Shown here: piece by piece, positions 50,616-63,085 of the stretch
Position numbering within the stretch: position 1 is the stretch's first letter
How the letters are laid out: each line of letters starts with the position of its first letter
DNA from: Callorhinchus milii
Lineage: Eukaryota
Assembly (NCBI RefSeq): GCF_018977255.1
Contig: NW_024704754.1
Coordinates: 14,570,001 to 14,634,000, forward strand
Direction: 5' to 3'
Length of the DNA stretch: 64,000 nucleotides
Made by a program: the position numbers and the translations under genes
The notes under the pieces: model-generated
What the model saw: only the letters and a program-made list of their open reading frames with translations
Databases searched by the model: none
Told to the model about the DNA's origin: nothing

Positions 50616-50894
50616 AAATATAAAATCGTTTGAATTCGTTTGAATCTCTTGTTATGAGAATTCAGGGTTATGTCACATACAAGACTTCCACAGGAGGTAC
50701 TACATATTATCTCTCTTTAATGTCCTGGTTGCCAATTGATGACAACAGTGCTTAGCCATTGAATATGCCTCTTGTCCCAGGACCCACTGACAGAAAAGAC
50801 ACTGATCTACATCTCTTCCTGATCCGTATCATTCACAGGTGACATCAGCTGAATTTCGACTGAATCTCCTGTGCCAAAAGAATTTTAAAAAATA

Positions 50895-51211
50895 TAATAA
50901 TAATAATAATCCTTGCATTTGATATAGCGCTTTTCACATCTTCTAGACATCTCAAAGCGCTTCACAGAATAGACTGTAAAGTGAATTGACTGTAATTTTT
51001 TTTGTGGACGAAATACAGCAGCCAATTGCGCACAGCAGCGTCCCACAAACAGTGGATTGAAGTGACCAATTTATTTATTTTTTTTCTTGAGGGATTATTA
51101 TCAGGCGTGTGGAATAAGGAAACTTGCCCAAGGTTTCATCTTACTGGAAATTAAACCCAGGTCTCTCACATGCAAAGTGAATACTGTAACCACTGAGCTA
51201 CAGGACTCCAC
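50895..51211 (-). mobile_element. full-length tRNA-Ala/Deu SINE (short variant)
   Basis: Minus strand begins gtggagtcctgtagctcagtggttacag and ends ...caaatgcaaggattattatt. Confidence 0.95.
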
Positions 51212-51219
51212 AAGTATCC

Positions 51220-51300
51220 GTGTCTGTGTGTGCAACTGTGTTTCTGTCTGTGTGTGTATGTCTTTGTGTGTGTATGTGTCTGTGTGTATGTATGTGTATC
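51220..51300. repeat. degenerate (TG)n microsatellite
   Basis: gtgtctgtgtgtgc...gtgtgtatgtgtctgtgtgtatgtatgtgt. Confidence 0.85.
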
Positions 51301-52425
51301 TATAATATAATATATAATATGGTTGTGCAGGAAACACAGAAGACTTTATCTTCCTTGAACATTTAACCCTCTCCTTTAAGTTATTGTGATCACGTAGATA
51401 ATGAAATGTGGATTATTTATCATTTCTATTCATGCTGTTCCCATGACAATCTAAAGTCATGTTGTATTATATCACTGGTAGGATTACTGTAGGTGACTGT
51501 GGACACATGTCAGATATTTAGTGAGTTGGGCTAGTGAAAGGACATTCTAATTCACTAATTGAACATTAGACTGAACACTGTCTGTACCTCAGGAGAAGGT
51601 ACTCACGAAACTCAGAGCAGTTGCCAATTCCACTCCTCATCCAAATCCACTGGTTCATTAGTTTTCAAAATACAGTAACATTTAAATGCAGAGCACAGAA
51701 TAAGACAAGCACAACTATTAATCATGAAATCACGACCTGGATTTCACATCACTATAAAACAACCTCTGAAATTCACAAGGACTAAACATTTTTCTATCAG
51801 CTTCCAGTGCTGTGATACCACACAGGGACAAATCTCATTACCTGACTAAAATTAAAACCTGCAGTTTAATACTGTTCACACCCGACAACAATTCGGCACA
51901 TTATTGCGTTCTGAAATCCCTTGGTGACCATGAGAAAATGCCCTTAAGAAAGTCTCCTCTCCGCCTGAAAAGAAAATGCAGTTTGTACAGATCGCACATG
52001 CTCGGTCATCAGACTACGAAGTTTTCATGGCATTGTATCAGAAGAAAGATTCCAAACCAGCATTAGTTCATGTTACATTTTGCTGCTAACTTTCCTAATC
52101 TTGCCAATTCGAAATTTACCCGCAGCATGAACCGGTGAACACTTATTAAGGCTGCGATGTGTCACTAAAGTTTTTAGTTCTCATTCGGAACAGCATTCTG
52201 CCACAATTGTACAAAAGTGTAATGAAAAAATCCAATAAGATTGCTGGTAAAGCAGGTCTGAACATTCATTTAGCAGCTGGTTTATCTGCCCGCTCTCCTT
52301 ATAGCCCCTAAAGTGTACAAGTCATACCCACTATCAAATTGTTCTATTATGTAATGTCATGGGCACTTTGTGCAAAACTGATTGGGTAAAGACCTTGTTA
52401 AACCCTCGAAAGAGCACAGAAAGAT

Positions 52426-52440
52426 TGCCATCTGCTGGTG
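52426..52440 (-). promoter_or_regulatory. CTCF-like core motif
   Basis: Minus strand CACCAGCAGATGGCA fits the CTCF core. Confidence 0.35.
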
Positions 52441-52513
52441 CACGGACATGTACATGGAATCTTGGTGTATCACTACGCAGAGCCAATGAAGAGTATGAGG
52501 AGGGGGGGGGCTT

Positions 52514-52667
52514 ATAGAAACATAGAAACAGGAGTAGGCCATTCAGCCCCTCGAGCCTGTTCCGCCATTCTATATGATCATTTCTGATCTGTACTTCAAC
52601 TCCAATTACCCGCCCTTGCCCCATATCCATGGATACCCTGACCTCACAAATACCTATCCACCTCAGT
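52514..52667 (-). mobile_element. CR1 LINE 3' UTR (second subfamily)
   Basis: atagaaacatagaaacaggagtaggccattcagcccctcgagcctgttccgccattc, the reverse of the ggctcgaggggctgaatggcctactcctg-tttctatg tail. Confidence 0.85.
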
Positions 52668-52762
52668 GTTATAATAGGAGCCTCAGAATGTACAAAATTG
52701 GAAAAAAAAACTAGCTCTATCTGACCCATCCACCCAAATTATCCTGATGACTATATTGCTTA

Positions 52763-53090
52763 TCCTGTAGCTCAGTGGTTAGAGCACTCGCTTTGCAAGC
52801 GAGGGACCTGAGTTCAATTCCAGGCAGAGGGCGAAACCTTGGGCGAGTTTCCTTACTCCACACAGAGCCTAATAATAATCCCTCCAAAACCAAAAACAAT
52901 AATAAATTGGTCATTTTCAATCTACGACTGTTTGTGGGACATTGCTGTGCGCAATTGGCTGCCGCGTTCGCCCACAAATACACAGTCAATTCACTTTACA
53001 GTGTGTTCTGTGAAGCGCTTTGGGACGTCCTCCTGACGTGAAAAGCGCTATATCAAATGCAAGGATTATTATTATTATTATTATTATTAT
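52763..53090 (+). mobile_element. near full-length young tRNA-Ala/Deu SINE (short variant)
   Basis: Very similar to the 35627 copy, with a perfect anticodon-like arm ctcgc-tttgcaa-gcgag and a long (tta)n tail. Confidence 0.95.
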
Positions 53091-53162
53091 CCAATTTATT
53101 CACCAAATCGCCGACCTCTTAAATTTGCTGACAAAATCTTCTTCGCCTGGTCATTCTATATC

Positions 53163-53405
53163 TGCCTGGCTCAGTTGGTAGTACTCTTACCTCTGACAGA
53201 AGGTTGTGTGTTCAAGGCCCACATCAGGGCTTGCCCCAAAATCGGTCACACACTCGATGGCTGTTTGTGGGACAATCTGTGCACAAATTGGCTGTCGCAT
53301 TCACCCATAAAGTACACACTGTCACACCACTTTACAGTATATCTTGTGAAGTGCTTTGAGACATCTCGATGACATGTTAAGGCGCTACATAAAATGCAAC
53401 AATTA
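53163..53405 (+). mobile_element. SacSINE1-like DeuSINE (internally deleted)
   Basis: gcctggctcagttggtagtactcttacctctgacagaaggttgtgtgttcaaggcccac, then Deu ggctgtttgtgggacaatctgtgcacaaattggctg. Confidence 0.85.
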
Positions 53406-54119
53406 TATATTAGTAACCATTCTACATATTCACCACTCACTGGGGAAAATAATTAAATCAAAACTTTCCGTTCACCTTCTTTATTTTGAGCTCAATATTG
53501 TACCCCCTAGTTCTAGGGTTTTATGACCATTAAACATATTATTAGGGTTCAGGCATATTATGGGGTTCAAGTCTGACAATATGAAAAACAAAGCTACCAA
53601 CTAACAAATAAATGGGATCACAAAGGAGACAGGGAGACAATGGTGCACATTCATGAGGGAGCAAAATAGATTGTTAGATAAAGAAGAGATTATTATTATT
53701 ATTATTATAGAGAATAAGTGACAGATTGATTCTTCAAAGTGCAGGTATTGCTTCTTGTCCTGGTTTTCATTCTTCCTCTTTATACAAAGGACAATTAACA
53801 TCTGAAAAAGGTTACAAGAGAATAGTTGAGAACAGGGCATGAGACTCATTTAAGTAACAGTTTGATACTATGTGGGAAGAGGGTAGAATGGGTGTTTGGA
53901 AGGATGGGGATTCAAAGAATCATAGCAGCATCTCACACTAAACATTTCTTGATATCTTACCAATATCAACAACAGAATTACATTTGTGTAGCACCTTTCA
54001 TGTTGGGAGGACATCCCAAGGCGCTGGATAACCACAGAAGATGTGCATTAAACTAGTAATGGCATTACAGATACATACATAACAGACAGATCTCTTCCCT
54101 GTGCCTCCGTCATCAGTAA

Positions 54120-54630
54120 CTAGAATCGTAGAAATTGCAGGGAGAAGGCTATTCAACCCATTGGCACTAAATTGGTGCTAACTCCTTCAATGGAGCCTCA
54201 ATTCCATGCTCCTTTTCTGTAACCCTTTACATCAAGAACAACTATAGCACCTTTCACGTCGAAGGAAATCCCAAGGCACAACATCAATTGCAAGATTTAT
54301 AAAGGATTTGTCCTTTTATAGCTGCTTATCAAAGTCCCTTTCAAATGTTGTTAAATCCTAAAACAATGTCTACAGTCACCAATTTACCATTGGCGATAAT
54401 CGTTCATAATATATTGTCTCAAAATCTTTCAAAACTTTGAAGACCTATATAAGAACCATCTCAATTTTCTCTTTCACTGGAAACAGCCAAATGTTTTGTG
54501 CATATACTCATAACTATAACCATCAACCAATTAGCCTCAGTGTCATCTATGTTTACCTTCCCAATGGTTTGACATCCTTTCTATAACAAGGTTTCCACAC
54601 AGTAATTCAGTTGATGCCTAACCAGCATTT
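54120..54630 (-). mobile_element. old CR1 3' region
   Basis: tagaatcgtagaaatt...ggctattcaacccat tail; aaactttgaagacctatataaga...ttttctctttc; ttccacacagtaattcagttgatgcctaacc. Confidence 0.65.
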
Positions 54631-54636
54631 TACACA

Positions 54637-54890
54637 ATAATAGTAATATAATAATCGTTGCATTTGACATATCGCCTTATCACATCTTCGATAAGATATA
54701 CTTATTTGTATACTTATTTGTACTGGGCTGACTCGATTCCAACATTCGGTTACCAAACATGTCACCTTGCAGCCAGTTCAGCTGTTCCACAAACAGTTGT
54801 GGATTGAGTGACCAAATAATTATTTATTTAATTTATTTATATGTATTTTTTTGATGCGATTATTACCCCCCGGAGAAGCAATCTGCCAAT
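54637..54890 (-). mobile_element. tRNA-Ala/Deu SINE, interrupted
   Basis: Tail at 54637-54690; ccacaaacagttgtggattgagtgacc...ttattacccccgg at 54785-54875. Confidence 0.75.
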
Positions 54891-55204
54891 ATATAGTTTA
54901 ACATCACTTCCTTGTACTTGCGTTCACCTTCAACAGGATGGGAAGGAAAACACAAAGGCAGCGCGAAAAGGGACTGGTGATGCTGTGGAGCTAGAATGCC
55001 AGAGGAAACATTACGTTAAAAACACAAATGCAGTGTTCAAGTTGTGAAATAGTAACTTGTATAACATGCTGGGAGGATAAAAATCCATGATCATCATCTT
55101 TCATTCTTAAGTTAATAAAACTGCAAAATCCTTTTTCAAAAAAAAATGAATCCAGTAAAAAGCAACGGTCCCCAGAGTCCTTCAATTCTCAGGTAATTTG
55201 GTCT

Positions 55205-55450
55205 ACATCCCTCTCTTTTCGAACAGTGCCATGGAATCTTTAACGTCTCATCTGAAGGAAGGCACCTCCAACAATGCAACACAATCTCAGCACCACATTG
55301 GATTGTCAGCTTAGACTACGTGACTTCAAGTATCGACCTAAGGCTTGAACTCACAACATTCTGACTCAAACACGAGGGGTAGGCTGACACTTCATGATAA
55401 TAATAATAATAATAATCCTTGCATTTGATATATCGCCTCATCACGTCTTC
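55205..55450 (-). mobile_element. SacSINE1-like fragment plus SINE tail stub
   Basis: cagtgccatggaatctttaacgtctcatctgaagg...cttgaactcacaacattctgactc; taataatccttgcatttgatat. Confidence 0.75.
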
Positions 55451-55777
55451 GATTGAGGGAGAGCATGTGGGGGTACGACTCATATGGGAGATGAGGAAGT
55501 TGTGAAATAGAGAGGGACGAAGGAGAGATGGGGCAATGATGTGGAGGGAATGGAGGGAGGAGGCCTGGTGTGGGGGGTACTAGAAGCAATGGAGAGGATC
55601 CTCCAAATTTTGGACCCAAGAAGATCTAACATCTTTTCGCATTTGGAATTGGAGGGGAGGATGGATGGATGGAGCATGGGATATTGGGTGGAAGAGGCAA
55701 TTGACGGTGGAGAAAAGGAGCCTGAGGTTGTCCTAAGTCTCTAGATTGATCCTTTTCATATAGTTACTCTGTTCCAT

Positions 55778-56035
55778 TGGCAGGTCAGGCCTTCAGCCTT
55801 TACGCTCCCACCCACTGTAACTCCATCTGCCTCGCTCCTCCTTTGCCACCTTCAAGGCCTGTCTCCAGAATTTCTTCTTTGGCCACCCTTCGGTCATTTT
55901 CCCATCTCCACCCCCCCTTGTCCTCCACCCTTCTTGACTCCTTCCCCAAGTTGGGTGCAAATCCTTCATTGTCCAGCACATTGGGACATCCTCCCAATGT
56001 GGAAGCGCTATAAAAATGTAATTTGTTGTTGTTGC
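55778..56035 (+). mobile_element. L2 LINE 3' end
   Basis: GQAFSLYAPT..NS, ccttcaaggcctgtctcc, tail gggacatcctcccaatgtggaagcgctata..(gtt)n. Confidence 0.85.
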
Positions 56036-56799
56036 TCCAATTACTTTCTCTTTCAAGCTCCAAGTAATTATGTTGTAATCTAAGTAGTAAGTTCATAATT
56101 CTCAATTGATAATACTAAAATAATAAATAGTTAATAATAAAATGGAAAACCAATATACACTTCATTCACTTTAGCATATAAAAACATGGTTCGTTTTGAT
56201 TCTGCAGGTTACAGTGTAGCTTCAGTCAGTAAAAAGCTGTCAGTATGCTTCCTTCCACCTGATCAAATAACCCTCTGAAATAAGGATTTTTACATTCCCT
56301 TCACCCATTCGAGATGTCAGCTGACAGACCATCTCCTGAAGCCATTCAAACCAGGATTATATCCGCAGAAACTATAGGACAATACTCACAGGATGTATTC
56401 CAAACCTTCTTCAGAATTGGGTGGATGCAGATAAATCAGCTCTTGTGAAATTCGTGCAAGGAGTTAACTGGTTGGATTTCGCACTGTTCTAACTTTCTTG
56501 AGCTGAATGGACTCTTCCAATGCTATGATTTTTACAATTCTATGATCGTTGGGAAATAAACGAACAAATAAAATAAGAGAAGCTTTTTGAGATATTCATT
56601 CTATGTGAAAAATGCAAGTTGTAAAAGTAAAAAAAAACACACAATAGATTATCTTTAGCAAGATGGATATGCATTCCGGCTCTTACATCTAACCATATTG
56701 GAGCTTGGTTTCCAGCAATAGACTGTTCATGTTCTTTAAACAAAATACAGAATTTAAATATTCAAAGTGAATCTGTTTGCTCCAGAATCAGATGTGGTC

Positions 56800-57600
56800 A
56801 TGAGAGACCCGGGTGTGTGTTTGCCGTGAGATACAGGGAGATGACGAGAAAGATACACTGCATTGCCCTTTTGTGTAACAAGAACATCACACTTTCGCCA
56901 TTTTATTTCTTTGTGACATGATTTATCGCCCACTAAGCTTTAAACCTGATAAAGCAAATTAATCTTTTATTGCAGGAGCCACCAGAGGTTGCCATTAGGA
57001 ATGTGATTTGGTAAGCTGGCGTGTGTTTCATTTACCAGCTCTGCTGAAATGAGAGCCCAGCAGGGATGACTAACTGCAGCTTCAGACAGAGATGGGCCTG
57101 GGAGGCTCAGCTAGACACTTTCAACTCTCAAATACTGCTTTGCAGCATAGCCTACCTTTCACAAATGGATTTGCTCCTGATGCCAAGATGACTAAAGAAG
57201 CTGGCATAAACAGCTCGATGCTAGCATAAATCTCTGCTCATTTTATCCAGGCTGAGCTATCCAGAATACCATTGTAGGCTACGGCTAAATCAAATATCGC
57301 CTTCATATTTGTTAAATATTCTCCTTTTGGAATATAAATTCCAGACACCTTACCGTTTCTTTTGGGATTCAGCGTGAATGCTAATCTTCATTGTGACCAC
57401 AGAAATGTAAAGCTGATCGCTGCAGTGCCAAGGCCCTTTCGTTCAGAGAAATAACAATTCCTGGACTTTACAAAACAGTTGAAATTAACAAAACTACTGA
57501 TTGAACACCAAGCTGATTTAACGATTTAGTAACTGAATACGTTTTCAGATTTGCTTGAACAGAGCATTACATTTCCTTCTCCCCTTCCTTCAGCCGTATT
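56800..57600. promoter_or_regulatory. putative conserved non-coding enhancer
   Basis: Repeat-free; TGACA (56914-18) directly followed by TGATTTAT (56919-26); also gataa, aattaat and tgatttaac motifs. Confidence 0.45.
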
Positions 57601-57692
57601 TCCTGCTTTTTCACATATCTCCAGAACAAAATTGGTCTTCAATATCTGAAGTGAAGCATGTCTCATGGTGGGCCTTCAGCTTTAGACTCCTT

Positions 57693-57833
57693 AGAATCAT
57701 GGAATCATAGAATCTTACAACACTGAAGGAGGCCATTCGGCCCATCTTGCCTGTGACGGCTCTTTGGAAGAGCTACCCAATCATTCCCACTCCCTTGCTC
57801 TTTCCCTATACCCTTGCAATTTTTTTCTTTTCA
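57693..57833 (-). mobile_element. CR1 3' end (continues at 58722-58785)
   Basis: agaatcatggaatcatagaatc...ggaggccattcggcccatc; resumes after the L2 insert as VETDSI..AFKRELDRYL. Confidence 0.9.
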
Positions 57834-58721
57834 ACAACAACAATAATAAGATTACATTAGTATAGAGCCTTTCATGTCGGGAGGACATCCCAAGGTGCTG
57901 GACAGAGTACAACATTTCAGACCCGAGCTGGGGTTGGGGGAGGAAGGGAGGGGAGGGGAAGGGGGGTTGCCGATGGCGTGGTCGAAGAGGAGGGTCTTGA
58001 GACAGGACTTGAAGGAGGCTAAGGAGGGGGCGAGGTGGAGTGACTGGGGGATGGAATTCCAGAGGTTGGGGGCAAAGTGGCTGAAGGCTCTCCCACCAAT
58101 TGTGGGGCGGTTGGGGCGGGGGATGTGGAGCAAGCCAGAGCCGGCTGAGCGGAGAGAATGGGTTGATAGGGGGTTAGGAGATCGCAGAGGTAGGGTGGGG
58201 CGAGACCATGGAGGGCTTTATATGTGAGGACCAGGATCTTGAACTGGATCCTCTGAAGGATAGGGAGGCAATGGGGGAGATGGGGTCACGGAGTTTGGTG
58301 CGGGAGAGGACATGGGCTGCAGAGTTCTGGATTATCTGCAGCCGTGGAGGGAGGAGGTGGGAAGGCCGACAAGCAGAGCATTTGCATAGTCGAGCCTGGA
58401 GGTGATGAAGGCTTGAACAAGAGTTTCAGTGGCCTGAGGGGTGAGGTAGTGGGGGAGTTGGCAATGTTACAGAGGTGAGGGAAGGCAGAGCGGGTCATGG
58501 CTTGAATGTGGGGGAGAAAAGATAGTTGAGAGTCGAACAAGATACCGAGGTTCCTGACTGGCTGGTGAGTTGCAGTGCGCAACCATGGAGGTTGATGGTG
58601 CCAGAGCCTGAGGTGCTGAGGCGCTGGCGCGAACCAATCAGGAGGGCCTCAGTCTTGTTCACATTCAACTGTAGGAAATTTGTCCTCATCCAGGACTTGA
58701 TGTCCGACAGGCAGTCTGTCA
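57834..58721 (-). mobile_element. L2 LINE 3' ~890 bp nested in CR1
   Basis: CLSDIKSWMRTNFLQLNVNKTEALLIG, VRNLGILFDSQLSFLPHI, GGRAFSHFAPNLWNSIP..FKSCLKTLLF; frameshifted; (gtt)n tail. Confidence 0.95.
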
Positions 58722-59729
58722 GGTACCTATCTAATTCTCTTTTGAAAGCTATTATTATTGAATCTGTTTCCACCACCCTTCTTGAATGATTATGTTTTGA
58801 ATGTTAAACGTTTTCCCAATTCCACTCGAGTTTGTTTTGAAAAGTTTCCGTGTCTCAGGTGTGCAAGGTGTCACACTTACAAGTCTTACACAAGCATTCA
58901 CTGATCACAATACTCACCCTTCACAATGAGGAGGTCACACACAGGTAAATGGCCTTAGGGAGAGAATGAAGGTGGAAGTGAAGAACTGTATCAGCATTAT
59001 AGGAACTACCATGTTAGGTTTAAAACATGACTAGATTCCCTTTGCGCCGCCAAAGCAATCTTTTTAAATCTCTAATTAACTTATGTGCAACTTCATTAAA
59101 TTACCACCTGGTTTTGTGAATTGCTTAATACTTACTCTTGGTTTCCTTTGTGTTTGACAGCTAGTTAATTGAGAATGAAGAGCTCATTACTAAGTTTCAA
59201 TTGAACCCTTTGAGTACCTTCCACAAACGATATTTATCCTATGAACATAACAGCAATCATAATAATTATGGAATCGTACAGGACTGATGTAATTGTCCAA
59301 AATCAGAGAAAGCTAAGTCTTTTAATAATCCTGGCAATTTAATAATGCGCCCGATCATGTCGTCGATGAATTTCAAAGCACTTATAGGATTTTACCGTGA
59401 ATTGTAGTGACTGTATTTGAAGGCGAACATAACAGCCAAGTTGCACACAAAGCCCTGATAGAGGTCTTCAATATTATGAACAGTAGCAACAACAGCTTGT
59501 ATTTATATAGAGGACGGGTAGTGTCTCGGAGCACTTAAATGAATGGTTATGATAGAGCAAAAAATAACCCTATCCACTAGTCAACAAGTCAGTGAAAAAT
59601 GTATTCAATATAATGACAAAAAGAATTAACTAATTTATAGATTTCTTCACAAAGAGGATGGTTAGATGGCGGTAGACTATAAATTATTTTAAAAGAGAAT
59701 TAAACAGTTGCTTGAAGAGGAGGAATAAT

Positions 59730-59915
59730 AAATAATAATAATAATCCTTTCATTTGATATAGCGCCTTATCACATCTTCTGGAGATCTCAAAGCGCTTCA
59801 CAGAATATACTGTAAAGTGAATTGACTGCATATTTTGTGGGCGAAACGCAGCAACCAATTGCACACAGCAGTGTCCCACGAACAGTCATGGATTGAGTGA
59901 CCAAATTATTATTGT
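59730..59915 (-). mobile_element. tRNA-Ala/Deu SINE, 5'-truncated
   Basis: aataataatcctttcatttgatatagcgcc...caattgcacacagcagtgtcccacgaacagtcatggattgagtgacc. Confidence 0.9.
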
Positions 59916-59984
59916 TATTACTATAATTAAAGATGCAGGGAGTGAGCAGGAGCGAAGGATAAAAATCAATCGCAGACGTGGAGA

Positions 59985-60105
59985 AAATCACCAGATCAGG
60001 AGAACCTTCCACATTCAATTGCTGATCTTTGCTGAGTGAACCGCTCCCAATGAAGGCAGTGGAGTAAGTGCTACAACTGACCTCAAAATGCTTGGGTTAT
60101 GTAAG
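59985..60105 (+). mobile_element. AmnSINE2-like fragment
   Basis: cagatcaggagaacc..cattcaattgctgatctttgctgagt...ggcagtggag..gtgctacaactgacctca. Confidence 0.45.
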
Positions 60106-60287
60106 ATCACGCTCCTTTATCCCATCCACGGAACAATATGTACGTGAGGCAGAGTTGTGCAATATATCATTGTGATATCTCTAGGGAACTTTGCAATTTA
60201 CAATAGGATTTCCTATCATAAAATCATAGCATAAAGTTCACTAGCATTAACAATTAACATGTGTTAGACTCCAGCATCCTGTTAAAT

Positions 60288-60465
60288 ATTAATAATCCTT
60301 GTATTTGACAAGGACATTATTGACATTATTTGACATTATTATGCCTTATCACATTGTAAAGACGTCTTAAAGCGCTAGACAGGATATACTGTAAAGTGGA
60401 TTGACTGTACATTTTGTGGATGAAACGCAGCAGCATAGTTGCGCACAGCAGTGTCTCACAAACAG
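60288..60465 (-). mobile_element. tRNA-Ala/Deu SINE 3' part
   Basis: taataatccttgtatttgac (with gacattatt three times) ...gcgcacagcagtgtctcacaaacag. Confidence 0.85.
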
Positions 60466-61512
60466 GAAATTTGGTAAAGTGAATTCAGTTTGTATTTTGT
60501 GGGCAAATTGTAGTAAAACAGCACTCTATCAGAAATACCAATATAATTAATGTAATTGGGGAGGGGGAAATCAGGATCAGTAGATATACTGGATAGCGTA
60601 GGCCACAATGAGGATTGGAAAATTCTGCATTGTGTTCTACACTTATCATCTCAAACTTCAGCTGCTGTGCTACAAGATTCAATGAGACAGATCGGAACAG
60701 GTAGAATGCAGGGACGCAACCAGAAGAGACACTAATAAGCTGTACTTAACAAACAGCAATAAATTTTGGTATAAATTATACTTATTACTAATCTGCATGA
60801 TCCTCAGATTGATGGTGATGAATGAGGAAACATAATAAGCAGCAACTCTGCAAGTTAATCACTGTGTCTGAGCAATAGGAAACACTTAATTACTCTCATT
60901 TACAATATTCAATCTAATGAGCAGCATTAGCAAAATCAAAAGTATTCGGAACAAAACTGTTACAGTATAATTAAAGAAAACTCTGACAATGCAGGTGACA
61001 ACATATACAAGATGAATTATCTTAACATCAAGAGTGCTGAGCTTTTTTCACCAGTGATCACATATGGTACACTGGGAACAGTGCACTTTATCAGTCCGAG
61101 CAGGATGTCATAAATCACTTCACTGCTGTAAACTTCTGGATTATTCAATGCAGCACTTCTCCACGATAATGTGTTTCGTGAGACTCCCTTGTGGATTAAG
61201 GGTACCTCCTGTTGCCACACTATGCAGCGTAGAGCAGAAGGTTGCAGCAGTTTCAGATGTACATGAGCTGGATTTTCAAGGTAAGGTTTTATGACAATAC
61301 AGAAAAGCAAAACAAACTATGATGGACTCTGTTAAACTATCAACCAAGTTCAGTGAGTCAGAAAAAAAATTGGCTAATTTATCATCTGGAAACTTCTAGT
61401 AAAGTGCTGATGGCCACACAGAAAATGATATTTTTCCCCCAAAATTATTTTGCTGTGCTTTTTTTTAAAAAAGGGAAAAGGTCAAAATGGATCCAGAATT
61501 TCTTTGAGTGAT

Positions 61513-61620
61513 TATAATAATAATAATCCTTGCATTTGATATATAACGTTGTTGAGACATCTCAAAGCACTTCACCGAATATACTGCATACTGAATTGAC
61601 TGTATATTTTGCAGGCGAAA
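61513..61620 (-). mobile_element. tRNA-Ala/Deu SINE 3' stub
   Basis: ataataataatccttgcatttgatat...gaattgactgtatattttgcaggcgaaa. Confidence 0.85.
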
Positions 61621-61883
61621 TTACTGCAGTCATTTGAAATTATTTTGAGTAAAGATCCAGCAAAATCATATCACCATATTACCAACTGAAAATGTACAAC
61701 TAAGAACACAAAGAATTGATCTCATAGCAAAACAGGTCACGACAATTCTATTGGTTGCATCATCTTCAAGTGGTGCAAAGTTTCTGTAAAACCTTGTATT
61801 TAAGTTTCATCTTTCTGTAGCTCTTTAATATCTTACTGATACAGACGTCATGTCTACAGATCTGAAATTAAAACATATAATTT

Positions 61884-62062
61884 TTGAAGGTGGCAGAGCA
61901 AGTTGACAAAGCTGTTAAAAGAGCATCCAAGATCCTTGGCTTCATAAATAGAGGCAAAGAGTATAAAAGCGAGGAAGTTATGTTGAACCTTTACAAATCG
62001 ATGGTTAGGCCTCAGCTGGAGTATTGTGTCCAATTCTTGGCATCACACTTTAGGAAGGATGT
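61884..62062 (+). mobile_element. CR1 ORF2 fragment
   Basis: QVDKAVKRASKILGFINRGKEYKSEEVMLNLYKSMVRPQLEYCVQF.ASHFRKDV is the canonical CR1 post-RT region. Confidence 0.95.
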
Positions 62063-62212
62063 CCGTGGATGATCAAGGTATCTGGAGGATTGTTGGCCAA
62101 GATACTGCAAACAAAAATCCAATTTTTGTGACAAGACAGTTTAACATCTGAACAGCCAAATCTTTGGATTATCTATTCATCCAAATGACAGGACCTTCAA
62201 CAACACAACACT

Positions 62213-62510
62213 AGAATAACAATTTCATTGGTATAGTGCCTTTCACATTGAGAGGAAGTCGCAAGGTGCTGGACGATCAGGGATTTGGATCTGGGCAGGT
62301 GGTTAGGATCAGGAGGGGTGGAGGGTAGGGGTAGGAGGGTGGCCAAAGGCGTGGTTGAAGAGGAGGGTCTTGAGACATTCCAAAGGGTAGGGGCAGGGCA
62401 CTACCCCAGTACTGCACTGGAATTTCAGCCTGACTGGAAAACTCAAAGTGGATCTTGAACCCACAACTTTCAGTCCAACAGAGAAGAGTACTAACAACTG
62501 AGCCACAACT
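62213..62510 (-). mobile_element. L2 3' end (62213-62378) abutting a SacSINE1-like head (62395-62510)
   Basis: LKTLLFNHAFG plus L2 tail; gcactaccccagtactgcactgg...cttgaacccacaac...ctaacaactgagccac. Confidence 0.85.
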
Positions 62511-62969
62511 GACAAGTTCAATTCGTTGATATGAAATTTCAGTATCCACATGCTTATCCCATGTTAAAAAAAATGCCTCAAGGATGATAGATATGTGGAT
62601 AACCGGAAGATAAATGGAAACCTTCAATCCACTTGACAGCTACCGACAAAAGAAGGTCAACAGAACTCTAGGACAAAAGCTATAGTGTAAGAAAGATGTA
62701 GTCAAAACTGTGGAATTTCTTTTGTTCAAAACAAATGTCTGCAGCACAAAAACAAAAATGGTGCAGATCATGTAAACCAATGTTTTTTCTCTCCACAGAA
62801 TGGTAATGAAAACAATTAACTTTTACAGTGCAAACATTTTAGGTACCTTAATGAAGGCTGCTTATTATTTATTGGTCTATGATCTTCCCTGATGATCTCT
62901 ATTATCCTTCCATCAACTCCTGAAAATGTTCTTGCATTTGCATTTGCATAAGCCTTAGAGAACTATAAG

Positions 62970-63085
62970 AATAAATAATAATAATCCTTGCATTTGATAT
63001 AGCGCTTTTCACGTCTTCTAGACATCTCAAAGCCCTTCACAGAATATGCTGTAAAGTGAAATGACTGTATATTTGTGGGCGAAAA
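62970..63085 (-). mobile_element. tRNA-Ala/Deu SINE 3' stub
   Basis: aataataatccttgcatttgatatagcgcttttcacgtcttctagacatctc...tttgtgggcgaa. Confidence 0.9.

Noticed and set aside
54939-55047. Possible terminal exon DGKENTKAARKGTGDAVELECQRK...
   Set aside because: It has a plausible acceptor only, with no upstream partner exon or recognisable homology.
57925-57970. G-quadruplex-like G tracts (also 43808-43831)
   Set aside because: They are the reverse of the ordinary C-rich L2 3' UTR or a simple poly-G run, so they are not locus-specific.
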